A stretch of DNA of 64,000 nucleotides from Bilabrum cf. latius (taxonomy: Eukaryota). The stretch is taken from the NCBI GenBank assembly GCA_965178125.1, contig OZ237751.1:496001-560000 (forward strand). Reading direction: 5' to 3'. This document shows positions 51,801-64,000 of this stretch, one piece after another (the stretch's first letter is position 1; each line of letters opens with the position of its first letter). The position numbers were made by a program, and so were the translations under genes. Under the pieces are notes generated by a model. The model was not told the origin of the DNA, searched no databases, and worked only from the letters and a program-made list of their open reading frames with translations.

Positions 51801-53049
51801 GTAAACTGTGGTGACGGCCTGGTGCCATTTGGGCGTCTGCTGCGCTGCTGACAGGCCAGATGGTCTCCGGGACAGATCTACCTTGGACTACACGCACACT
51901 GCTCTTGGTCGAAGGCGGATGCCGTATTGCTCCACCTGCTTGGTGGTGCCACTGCGGAGATTACCGATGGACTGGTTGCTTACTGGCTTCGTGGGACATG
52001 GCGTGGCTTCACGAAACTTGCTGCTGCTGAGTGCAGGATATCCCGTCCCCTGGATGGGCCACACGGTGCTCTGCAGGCACACGTCAGTCGGGTCCACGGG
52101 CTGGTCCATGGGGGAGCAGGCGGGGTCGAACCACGACTTGGGGCAGTCCACTCCACCCATCACCATACAGACGCGGAAAGCAGACCCATCCTACCCAATA
52201 AGTACGACCTGAGACCCCTGTATAGTCTCTGTCGGACTGTAAACCTCTCGGTTGCCTTGGTACTGTTGCGTGCCGGAGTAGATGTTGTAGGTTCTGCTGA
52301 TGATGGGATTGCGGGAGCTACTCCGTATACTTGAGAACCAAACCTCAAGCGTATATGGCTCAACTACTCTCGGTGGCGGGAAAATGCCTTGCTATTTCTG
52401 TTGCGGCACGATCCCTAGTACAGGCGGTTGCAACTACGGCGAGGCTGCCCCGGGAATGTACTACTACGTTCCAACAGCCGGAGTCACTCCCGGGTAGCCA
52501 GCATACTGAGACATATGTGCTACTTGGGAATCAATCATAGGCCCAGCATGCCACCTCCAATGATGGGTCTGCAGTGATGAATCTGAGGACACGGGCGGAA
52601 GATTCCATGGCTGCAATACCAAGCCTTCAGGGCCATCTGAGGCAACGTCGTCCCTAGATACGAAGGTTGCCTAGTTTGATGCCAGTATTCGATCTGATCT
52701 ATTGCTTAAACTTCCTATTCCTAGTCGAGATGGCCCATGAGACACGAACCACCCATCTGCAGAACATGTTGTAGGGTTCGCTGACAAGGAGCAATGGTTG
52801 TAGCTTTTTGTGTTACAATCTCCGCGATTTCAATGGGTTGTATATTCTCTCACTAGGATATAATTTCAAGGGTCCAGCATCCTTGCCAATCTCTAAGTAT
52901 CGTTGGGCATTTGGAAGCCCAAACTCCAGGAAAGAGTTTGGTGTCGCTTCACGAATATGTCCAGCCATTGATCCCACCGATATGCTTTCAACGCTACCAA
53001 TTGTGAACAGTATATATAGAAATACTGAAGCGTGCGGAAGTTGTTGCAT
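48861..53049 (-). CDS. Uncharacterised signal-peptide membrane protein, family copy 4 (~1363 aa; intron 52757-52853)
   Basis: Signal-like HASVFLYILFTIGSVES, then a phase-1 GTGAG...TGCAG intron giving PNGWFVSHGPSRLGI. The frame is open except for TAG up to TAA 48861-48863. Confidence 0.8.
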
Positions 53050-53295
53050 CACTTTTGAATAAGTCGAATCAGAAAAATTGACACTCGCCTCCTTGGAAAA
53101 CCAAACAAGTATGTAACGTGAAGAAACTGAGAGTCACGCGGCGCGTGACTCACGCGATCGTGCGAATCGTAATTCCCAAAATGCACAATGAAATGTTTTT
53201 CAGGTGCTACCTTGATGACAAACCATTTTTGGTGATCATCCACTTATTGCGGTCGCCCACGCTACGTTCACGGAGAAACCATGCTTTCAAACGAC

Positions 53296-56200
53296 TCAAG
53301 TTGCCGTTGCAAGGCAAATTTCTGCCAGAGATGCCAAGCAAACTAGCACCCCACCCATCCAGATGGCTCCAACTGCCTATACTCGCTGCCATACATAAGC
53401 CTGGGGCGATGCACCGAGCAGCTCCTGGCTCAAGCCGATGCTGCACATGCCGAGGCCATCACCGCCAAGCGTGCAAGCACCAGCAAGCCCAAGTGCAACG
53501 AGAACCATACAATCTTCGACCGCCCGTAGAGGCACGCCAAACCCCAATAGCTTGGACCAGATTACTCTGAATCTCCCCCTCCTCTCCTTCAAGTTGCCAT
53601 ATTCTTCTGTCTAACTCCCTTCCGTGCTGTTCGCTTGATCACCATAACTCAAGTGGTCACTGCCATCCAGTACATGCACTCTGCCAGCTCGTCCAGCTGG
53701 TGAAAACATCCGACCCACTGCATCATCACGGGGGGCTGACATACGTTCCAATGGAGGGGGTAGTTGCATTGAGCCAACCGATACAGCATCCTCGCTGCGA
53801 TGCTGCAGCAGTGATCGATGCAATCGAGGCTGCGCCTAGCCACCGGGATTGCAAGAACACCAAGCATCAATAAAAACAACTGCCTGCAAATCCCAGGCAA
53901 CGGCCGACAGGGCTCGGCTGATTGCAACCCTGGTGGGCGACAAACGGGTCATCCTCTTGAGTCTCCTCGCAAATTCCGCCTCGTCCTGGGTATACTGCGG
54001 CGGCGTTGAGCCATCGCTGCTAGCCATGGAGGTAGCACCCAGCTGTACCAATGATGCATTAGGACGGCCAGTGGGAATCGACGGCCCACTGGGCACAGAG
54101 GCGATACTCTCCAACCTACGAACCGACGGGGCAACAGACTCGAAGTGAGATGCCGGGCCGCGGCTAGCTATCAACGGAGGCTGTAAGGCAGCAAAATCAG
54201 AGCCAGATTCCTACTCATAGTAATTGCCGAGGCAGTACTGTTGCACCATACTTGAATCTTCATAATCGTCTGATGGAGTGCCAGACCCAGAGTGCACCAG
54301 CTCGTTTCCAGACGACTGCGAAGGCACCACGGTTACCAAAGACCCTGGCAGCAGATCCGGATCAAATGAAGCTCCCGCAACATCGACTCGGCACCAAACA
54401 GTTAGCACTATTCGAAATACTACGAAAATAGCTAGCCCGCAAATAATAACATCTCCTGGTCCCACAAGCAAGGCTTGGTGAAGAGCAACACCACAGGTCC
54501 ACAACAGCGCCACGCGGCACAACGAATGTAACGACCGACACACGATCCCAGCGTCAGATAGCAGCGACAGACGCACACGACCACCCAAGCAGCCCTCGCG
54601 CACATACACACTCAGCAGCCACACTCCCACTGACACATACATACTCACACACACCAACTGAGCCCATGTGCCGCCCCGAGACATCCACTCAGACCAGGAC
54701 AACTCGCAGTCTACTGCATACGACACACCGGCATACCCCAAGCAAGGCAGCTCCACACGACATGACACGCTCGACGAGTCCACAGCCAGCAGCCACGTGC
54801 CTGCCAGAGCGCCCGCTCGGTCCCCGCGCAGCACATGCAACGCGCGGTCGCACACAGACCCAGCTGACATGGAACGCAGATGTACCAGTCCAGGCACTTG
54901 CGTGGCGAATTCGAATGCACTCGCTCCAATGCCCACATGTACACGCACGCGCATCCACAGCTGCGACGCATTTAGCGATGCGCCTGGGGGAGCTGGCACA
55001 GCTGGTGATGTCTCCACATCCACCACACGCACCTCCCAGGAACGCACCACATCGCCCTCCCCTTCGCCCGCCAGGTCCTTCAGGTCGTCCAGCACATCGG
55101 CCTCCAGCCACCGCAGCTGATCTACAGACGGCGATGGGTAGTCCAGCCCGGGCGCCTGGCCAGCGAAGTCATCGCCCCACGACTGAGCCGCGGGCCACCG
55201 GCTCCGGTCGAACACCAGGTCGAATACCAGCCAGCCCCGGCTCGACATCGACCGACGCGCCCACCCATCCCGGTACCGGCCCGGCCGAGGCAGCCAGTCG
55301 CCCCGTGCCGGCCCGTCCCTCACACACTGCAGACCAGGCACCACGTCCCTGTACCCACTCTCGTTGCTGTACGATGGCCCCGATGCACTGCCATGCATCA
55401 TGCGCAGCTCCCCGCGCGCAGGCGCATACCCAAGCCGACCCACATCGTACAGCTCCCCATCCGCCGCCAGCGACGGGAAGCCCAGCCAGTACGAGTACCA
55501 CACTCGCGTGATGCTGCTGGCCATCGACCAGCCAGAGCCAGAGCCTGCCCCTCCTAATGCCAGCCGGGCCTCCACGCCTGCATCCACAGGGATGTGATCC
55601 GGGTCATCGCACACGGCCATCACGGCGGCTCGGCCCTGGAAGTACCCGTACACGTTGGTCCTGTATGGCGTCCATTGCCCGTTGGTGATGTTGGGCAGAG
55701 TGTGGTTGGGGAAGGGCGGGTATGCCCTGGCGGTGACGACGCCTCTGTATGTGGCGATGGGACCGACAGCAAGGCCCTTGTCTGCCGCCGTAGCCGTGTA
55801 TTTGGTCGGACCTTGTCTTGGTGCTTGGCGCTGCTGACTGTCGACGATATTGGTCCGATTCCGTGGCACATAGCGGCCTCTTCGAGCCGGGCGGTACTTG
55901 CCATCCACAGCTGTGTAAGGCTGGCCCTGCCCCCCAATGATCGTAGCCATGCCGTTCTGGCCAGCCGGCATGTCGATCGGAACCAAGGAGCTCCTGTACC
56001 GACTGAAGTCCACGTCGTACGACAGAGCGCATCCGATGCGAGCTGTAGGGAACAGACTAGTCACGGCATCGCTGCTGGCATAGTCACTCAGCAGCTGCTG
56101 CATGCGTGGGTCCTGTCGGTCGGTGATGTTGCCCGTATCGGGGGCACATGACCTGGAAGCAACACAACGCCCGAAGTCGAGCAGAACGCGACGTGCGCTA

Positions 56201-57637
56201 TACCAACTATGGTCAGACCCTCCACATTGCAGATCATATTTTGGGCTTGTTTGCGGATTGTTTTCATTCTGAGTCTAGTTGACTGGTGCCAGGGTCGATC
56301 CCGGCGTGTCCAGCATCATCGCCACCACATGCCCTCGGTTCACGCGCCAGGCGTAGTCTGCTGTCTCCCCACGGATCGTCGCATCTGCATCGTACGGCAG
56401 CACGGCAATGGTGCCTGGGGGGTAAACTGTGGTGACGGCCTGGTGCCATTTGGGCGTCTGCTGCGCTGCTGACAGGCCAGACGGTCTCCGGGACAGATCT
56501 ACCTTGGACTACACGCACGTGGCTTGATTTCGGATTCGAATACCGTACTACTGCAAGTAAACTGAGGCACTGCCTGGCCGTAAGTCTCCGATGGACTGGT
56601 TGCTTACTGGCTTCGTGGGACATGGCGTGGCTTCACGAAACTTGCTGCTGCTGAGTGCAGGATATCCCGTCCCCTGGATGGGCCACACGGTGCTCTGCAG
56701 GCACACGTCAGTTGGGTCCACTGGCTCGTCCATGGGGGAGCAGGCAGGGTCGAACCACGACTTGGGGCAGTCCACCACAAAAATAGAAGTGCACACACGA
56801 AACGAAGATTCAACAGCCCCTCCAACAGCAATTTGAAATCCTTGCGTGTTTGGAACTGGACCGTACACGACCCTCTGCGAGAAGCCTATCGTGCCGGAGT
56901 ATTCTGAATAGACTTGCGTGATCAGTGGGTTTGTGTAGCTGCTTCGTATGCTTGAGAACCAGGCCTCCACAGTGTACGGCTCAACCACTCTCGGCGGTGG
57001 CAGGATCATGTTCCAGTCCTGCTGCCTTACAATCCCGAGAACTGTCGGCTGCATCTAGGGCGTGGCGGCTCCAGGGAGCAGGAAGTGGGTCCCGACTGCA
57101 GCATTTATGCTCTATATTGCATGATTATTGCTATTATTTGCATAACTAGCTGGTATAAGCGGCCCGGCATCCCAAACCCAGTGCTAAGTGGCACGAGGTG
57201 CATCTGGATGCACTGGTGGGACGCTCCACGGGTGCGCAAGCAGTACGCAGGAACCGGCCGTGTTCCTTGTCGCGAGAATCCTAGACTGACTTGAGACAAT
57301 CACTCGAGTTGTACGATTTCCCAGCCCGCGAATACCTAGTGCGATGGGGCCGTCTGAGCTTAGCCAAGAAGCTGCGATGTCGGAAAAGCTGCTAGGCCTA
57401 TATTCAAGGCAGCTGTCGCGATGGGACACAACAGTGCGGCTGAAGTATATAGACCGTCTTACAGTTACAGATAGTCTTGCTTTCTACGAGTTCGTGGTGA
57501 CCCCCGGTCAACGTGCCGAGTTGTATCATCGAATTGGGAGCAGCTACCCGGATTTCGTGAACTATCGAAGAGAAAGCAATGCAATAACAAGAGCACAAGA
57601 TGCAGGATAGGAAAGGTATTAATGCCACTATACTCAT
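53296..57637 (-). CDS. Uncharacterised signal-peptide membrane protein, family copy 5 (~1416 aa; intron 57372-57462)
   Basis: Signal-like MSIVALIPFLSCILCSCYCIA, then an ICN-S|GTAAG...CGCAG|SW phase-1 intron. The frame is open except for TAG up to TGA 53296-53298. Confidence 0.8.
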
Positions 57638-57878
57638 GTTAGCAAAGGAGTTCTGTGCGGGGCCCACAGTTGAGATTCGTGCAATTCCGTTGCTGTTGAT
57701 TCGATCTGGATTCGTCAGGGTTCGCTTGCACCCTCCGTGTGGTCGCAACAATGAGATGCCATCTGGAACCACCAGAAATGCGTGAAGCAACACAACCATA
57801 AGACTATCCGTATTAGCAATCAACTGCCGCTTTGGAAGATAACGACTCAGAACCGCCGGCGCATCCCAAAGGGCACAA

Positions 57879-58641
57879 TTACAGAGCGGCCGATGCTGCA
57901 GCACCACCGCTTTCCATGGTCTTTCCCCGATCACTCGCAACACTAGAAGCACGCTTCATGCCAGGATCGCCCAGCACATCCATCCCAACCAGGCTCGCCT
58001 GCGAGCGTAGAGCCTCAGCACCTCGCCTGCCCCACCTCTCAAGCTCTGCTTTTGCCCTTGCTCGCACCATCTTCACGACTCGCTGCACGGCTCCATTCAC
58101 GTCCTGGTTGCCTACCGCTAGCGACAGCAGCTTCACGGATCGAATGAGCCGGGCTCCAGCGATGTCGCCGTTTTCACCCAGGGAGAACCGGGTCCCCAGC
58201 GCCCGAGGAGCCGCAGCTGATGCCAAGCTGGAAGGCATGGTCGATCCGCTCTTGCTCTTGCCGCTTTTGCCGGTCTTCGCACTGGCTCGCTTCCGGAGGC
58301 TGTTTTTTCTCGAAACGGAGGCCCTTCGGTGCGTCCCCTCGCCAGCCTCGGCAGTGGGATGCGCCTTTGCCTACCCGTTGGGCGCTTCATTCGCACCTCG
58401 AGGCGAGGAAAGGAGACCCATCTCGTGAGCCATGGTGCCGGCGTGGGAACCCTTGGACTCTCTGCCGGCACGTGGTGCTACGGTTTGAATGGGCGGTGAT
58501 GATGCCTTGGCTTTACTGTCCAGGCTGCCCGTCTTGGCGTCTGAGACACTACTGCTGTCGCGCTCCCCGGCTACAGGTGACTGGTCCGCATCGCTCCCGT
58601 CCTCATCCTCATCCTAATCATCGTCGTTCTCATCCTCATCC

Positions 58642-58672
<31 letters not shown>

Positions 58673-61600
58673 ATCCCTGCCGCCTGATCTGGTCCGTCTC
58701 GTCTTCATCCTCGTCGTCCTCGTTGTCATCCACCACGTAATCGCTCGCACCCGCTTCTTCTGCGGCGCTGTCTAGCGCCTCTCGACCTGCATCGCTGCCA
58801 CTCGTATTCTTGGATTTTGGACCGGTATCAGTGTCCGTGTGGGAGGTTCTGGCGGACTCGGAGGGGTCCTGTGTCGGTTGGGCCCAGGCAACGGTTCGAG
58901 TGGCGCGGCGTCGAAGATCTCGACTGCGAAGGGCACTGGGCACAGTCGTCGTACCATGCGGACGATCCGATACGGAGCCGACAACAGCGCCTGCACTCCC
59001 AGGGCCCGGTACCACCCCTTCAACATTGCTGCTATCGTTTTCGCTTGATTCCACACCGTCCAGTCGACGCCAGTGAAGCGACGACGCGGGCTGCGTGGAG
59101 GTGCGCGGGAGCGACGGCGACTCGACTGCAAAATCATCGGTCGCAACGCTAGCAGGGGGGCTGGGGGGCAGCGGCTGCGAGAGCCAATTGGATACATCGC
59201 TTTCAGCGCGGTTCCCAGCGATGATCTGCAGTGCAGTCGCCGGACCAGGCACGTCACCCCCCACGTTGCGGTTCTGGTCCTACTCATGTGCATATCTCAT
59301 ACCGTCTCGGCCCTGTGCGGCGTGTAGCCAAATCTCCGGAGCATATGCAGGTTGCGCACCACTGTCTGGTCCAGGCGGCAAGTCCTCGGTTCCAGCTGGC
59401 CGGCCTATCCAGCGATGACCACCGCCAGCACCAGTGCCACCCACGTCAGCGGCGCCGCCTGGTGAGCCGAGATCCTCGTGGTCAGCGGCATTACCATCAT
59501 CCTCTGAGTCTACTCTCCTCGGCTGCCTCACCCTCGATCGCCCCGAAGCGCCGGTTCCTCCCTCCTCCTCGGCGGATGCGCGCCCGTGCTGGAGGCTGTC
59601 AGTGGCGGCAACCGAACGCTGCGACCCTGCATCGGACATCGACCCTTGCTTCTTACTCCCCGCCTCGCTTGCTCGGCTGCTAGCACTTCCCGGAGCAGTC
59701 TTGTTTGAATCTACGCTTCCTATCGCGGCTGCGGTAGCCTTGCCGTCTTCAGTCACAGACACGGCAACTCTCTTTTTCCTTGAGCGCCTGTTGGCGGGAT
59801 CTTGCCACACAAATGGAGCATTCCTGCCGCCCCCGCTCACGCCGCGTGTTGGCGACATGCGCTGCTCCTACCTCCAGGACAAAGAAACGGGCTCGTTCCC
59901 GTCCGCAGCGGGCACGTCATCTCCCCGTTCGGAAGGTGGCGGCGATATCGAGCCCCCGATTGTGCTGGCTCGGTGACCCCCTCCGCCACCCCACGATGAC
60001 CCGCCGGAATATCCTCTCAAACGTCCATTGTCAGCGACTATCTGCAAGTCAGTGGCACCGCTTGCTGTCCCACCTGCATTTTTATCGTCTGTCACAATAC
60101 CACGACGGGCAACGCTAGCCCTCATTGCCTGGAGCTGCAGGGGGGTGATCTCGAGGCCAGCACTGGCTCGCCTCCGGTACGGTGCAGTCTAGTTCATCAC
60201 AGCGTGGGAACTGCCCAGCCCGACACGCACGATGCCTGGCGTGGAATTGGACCGCCGGATCCGCGGACCTAGGCGTGGACTGCCACCGCCTTGCGAATCG
60301 CCACTAGCAGTCGCTTCCATACTGGCGCCGGCAGGTCGCAGTCTTGCTTGCCTTTCGGTAGATTCGTTCGGCTAGCCAGTGTGCTCTCCCGTGATCTGCA
60401 GTCCATGATCGGAGCTTGAGGCAGAAGCATCGGCGGCGATGCCACGCGGGGGCTGCCGATTGCCCCTTGTATCCCTGCTGTTGCGAGAAATGTCTGACGG
60501 AATCCTGAACAGAGGATGCCCTTGCAGAGACTGCATGACTGCGTCAGGGGGCAGCGGCGACGTGACGGACGGAGAGCCGAGCTGGCCAGGCTGCCATCGA
60601 TCACACGCAGATCGAGATCGTCCCCTGGGTCTAGAAAGGATGCCACCAGCCTCTGTGCCTGTCGTGTGCGCCGCGCCGGGGGCCACCTGCATGGGGATAA
60701 AGTCCAAACCGGGACGGCTACTGTGGTTCGCGCCAGGGTTGTTGTTTCCGGTGTCGCGGCTGTCAAGGGATGCTGGCCCGCTGCGAGGCTCCGCGAAGAT
60801 GTTGCTCAGCTCGAGCCCGACCACGCCGGGGTGCGTCCCCGACTCGTTGCTGTGCACGGAGCGCCGCCGCACAGGACTTGCCATGCCGTGACGATGCCTT
60901 TGGTCTAGGGCATCCGTTGCGGCAGGGGCAATACCGCTGCCTGGCGCCTTTCCGGGCATGATGTCATAGCTGGACCGCAGATCGACAACACCTCCATCCG
61001 TGGTCTTGGAGGAGGCAGACGCACCGCCAACACCCCTCACGACGACCTGGAGGTGCGATGCGTCCGCCCGAGCTGGGCCTGAGCTGCTGCTCGCTCGGCT
61101 TCGCGCGCTACTGATCGGCTGCTGCTGTTGCTTGTGGTCAGCATCCTCACCACCTTCGCCCCCTTCTTCTGCGTCAGACCAGTCCCTTGCTGCAACCCGT
61201 AAGTCGCCTTCTATCGCCTTCACTCCAGAGGCCTTCCTGAAGATCCCATCCATTCCCGCGGCATTATCCAGCCCTTTGCGCTCCGCGTCTTCAAGTACGC
61301 GGGCAGGGAACTCCCCCGAAGCGCGTGAAGAAGTACCCAGCTGGTCCACGCCACGAAACGCACCCCCACCACCTCTGCGCCGCTTGGAGCGCGACGGCCT
61401 GTCCCCAACTTTGCGTCCATCCGGTCGATTGCCGCGCAATGACATGGACCTTAGCTTCGCGCGGCGCCTGCGGAACCTCGCTGCCTCCCTCTACACCATA
61501 GTCTTCTCCATCTGCGCGGCGGCTTTGGAGGCCCGCTGCGGCACGGCATCGACGGTGGCAAACCCTATTGCTTTGCTCTTGAGTCGCTTCTTGGCCTTGG

Positions 61601-64000
61601 CCGCCTCGATATCCACCTCTGGCAGAGGAAAGCAGGGCGCGATGACGCTTCCACGAAGCGGGTTGTCGATATAGCAAGGGTGCCTGCAGGTCCACAATGC
61701 TTTGCGCCGGGCAAAGAACCTTCGCCTCTGAAACTGCTCCACGTACCCATCGCTCCTTCTCAAGAGGTCCTTCACTGGTTTGCGCAGGCACGCAAAGTAC
61801 AGCTTTGGAACCTTGAGCGGAATTCGGCCCAGCTCCGCAATCCTGGCAGATATGAGCCTCTTGTCGCTTAGATAGCGGTCATCCGCGGTTGGATCGTGGA
61901 TGTCCATCAGCGCGGCCTCCTCCAGTGGGGTGAGAGGCCCGAACCGGAACTGGTAGAATGCCATTTCGGCTTCGAGGAATTCTCTCGTCATGTCTCCCAT
62001 GTACTTGGCTCGGTTGGCAGATACTGCACCCCCGCACGCCGGCTCCTCTTCCGCAAGCAGCTTCTCGAGCGACTGGCTTCTGCGCATGCCGGACGGACTG
62101 CTTAGGGCGAGCCCCAGCTCCTAGTCCATGTCTGACATGGCTGAGAACTGCCTGCTAGGGGTGGGGGCAGGGATACCCCCGTGTGAGACCACCGATGCCG
62201 CGCCAGAGTATAGCCCGCTGCTCGTACTCCACGACCTGGTTGGCTGCACAGGCGCGTTTGGGTCTCGCTTGGGCCCGCAGCAACCCCCTTCCTCAACGCA
62301 CTCCCTGCCGCCGCAGCAAATGCAGCATGGGCATTCCAAGCAGCACATCCACGGCTCTGAAAGTGACACCGTCATGCGCTACAAACCCTTTAGACAGCCG
62401 CGGAACGTCTTTAGAACGCACGAGCACTCCAGCCTGCACGTGAGAAACTCCTCCCCAGCATTGTTTGTGGTCGTCTCGCACACGCAAAGCCTGTCATGCC
62501 CACCTGCCACGGCGCGCTTCTTGGCTTCATCGTCTTCCATCTGCTCCAGTGCCCTGCGCAGCCGCTGCACGCGCTGTTCGCGCAGCCGCTTCGCGTTCCG
62601 CTTGACCTCTCGCGGAATGTTCTCAAGCACGTCAACGGCGGATGCATCCACCCTAGTGATGGCAGAGCAGTCTACGATGACCGCTTCCGGTGGCAGTGCC
62701 GGGCCCATCCCCGGTACCGTAGGCACGTCAGGCGGAGGCGGGGTGGCCTCGTAATCCGCTGGAGTCAAAGGCTCGTAGTTGCCGCGCTGCCTCCAAGGGA
62801 ACGAGGCCCGCATGACTTCGTCCCTAAAATGAAGAGCATTTGCAAAGTACAGGTGGGATTCGAACCTGAGAACAGCAACTCCTGGCTCTTCTTTTGCCCT
62901 TCTATAGTGCCTGCCAAAGTTGATCCAGCTCTTTGTACCCGGTGCTCGCCCCAGGCGACTCACTCGCGGCGCAGCGCTCTCCTGCAACAAACGACCGAGC
63001 GACAGCACCGCACCGACAGCTAGCCCATTCTGCACACCTAGCCCAACGGTCGCCAGCAGAGTCGCAAAGAACACGGCACAGTCGCGTTTGTCCACCGCCC
63101 ACAGCATCCTGGGAATCTCGGAGTCGAACTGCTTGAGAACAGCGTAAATGATCATGACTCCGAGCGCTACTTGGGGCAGGAAGAAGAACAGCTCAGTGAG
63201 GTACACTAAAGTCACTGACAAAAAAGCTGCCGTGATCCATGAAGACATGGGTGTCCGAGCTCCGGCATCTGCGTTCACGCTGGACCGTGAGAAGGAGCCA
63301 GTGATCGGGAAACCACCGACAGCTGAAGCCGCAATGTTGCCGGCCCCCACCCCTACCATCTCTTGAGTCACGTCCAAAGGCATATCGTACAGGTTCTCTG
63401 CACCTTTCCCTACAGACACGAGCTCGAGGATGCCCAGCCCGGCCGCCACCGCAGCCGGTCCGATGAGCTGCTGCAGGTCCTCGCCGACCGAGGGCACATC
63501 ATCGCCTGATATGCCCTCTGCGCGAGCTGCTCGGTTTGTTTCGGCATTAGAAAACGGATTTTCCAGCACGGGCAGGCCGCTGGGTACCTCGCCCACGATG
63601 CGCACGCCCCGGTCCTGCAGGCCCATGGTGTACACCGCCACGGTGGACAGAGCCACAACCACGAGAGGAGCAGGGATGATGCCTACAGCTCGCTTCCAGA
63701 ACCTGCTCCTATCGTGCTTCACCTGAGGCAGCGACGCGAGGTACGTCTTGGTCCAGGACACGACGAGGAAGGCCAAGAAGCAGCACACGGACAACGCGGC
63801 CGATGCCGCGTGCGTGTCACCCAGCCTCAACCCGACCTGGTACCACACCTGCACCGCCACGGACCGGCGCGGCAGCCCGCTGAGCCCGAGCACCCGGGCC
63901 AGCTGGGAGGACGCGGTGGTGACCGCCACACCAAAGTGGAAGCCCTTGAGCACCGGCTTGGACAAAAACTTGACGATCTGGCCGAACCGAAGGAGGCCGA
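57879..64000 (-). CDS. 5'-partial SulP/SLC26 anion transporter with a split STAS domain and a very long low-complexity C-terminal tail (>2000 aa)
   Basis: Motifs: FLSKPVLKGF, VGEVPSGLP, QEMVGVGAGNI, PITGSFSRSSVN..AGARTP, LYFANA, VIVDCSAITRVDASA, LYFACLRKPVKDLL. Downstream ORFs are all in the same frame joined by TAG. Stop is TAA 57879-57881. Confidence 0.88.

Noticed and set aside
11277-57637. Diversity-generating retroelement as the cause of the variable blocks
   Set aside because: No reverse transcriptase or template/variable repeat pair is present, and the differences are not adenine-specific.
1-64000. Interpreting the TAG-interrupted genes as pseudogenes
   Set aside because: Interruptions are exclusively TAG, with no frameshifts or internal TAA/TGA, and catalytic motifs are intact across many unrelated genes.

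Overview
This is compact, GC-rich, intron-poor eukaryotic (protist-like) nuclear DNA that uses a non-standard genetic code. In-frame TAG is a sense codon, almost certainly Gln, while TAA and TGA remain stops. Read that way, many short ORFs in the supplied track merge into 13 long genes, and all 13 end in TGA (9) or TAA (4). Seven are single-copy genes: a HAD class-B acid phosphatase-domain protein, TBC1D31/WDR67, a PP2C phosphatase, a MAP2K, condensin CAP-D2, a tail-anchored FN3+Tudor protein and a SulP/SLC26 transporter. One is a 1506-aa Mutator-like DDE transposase with an internal RecB-type PD-(D/E)XK nuclease domain. Five are paralogues of an uncharacterised ~1400-aa predicted surface membrane protein, in which near-identical constant DNA blocks alternate with hypervariable blocks and show mosaic exchange between copies. 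A 2.75-kb two-module (144/100 bp) satellite with higher-order structure lies near the 5' end. Family assignments come from motif recognition by eye, not database searches.
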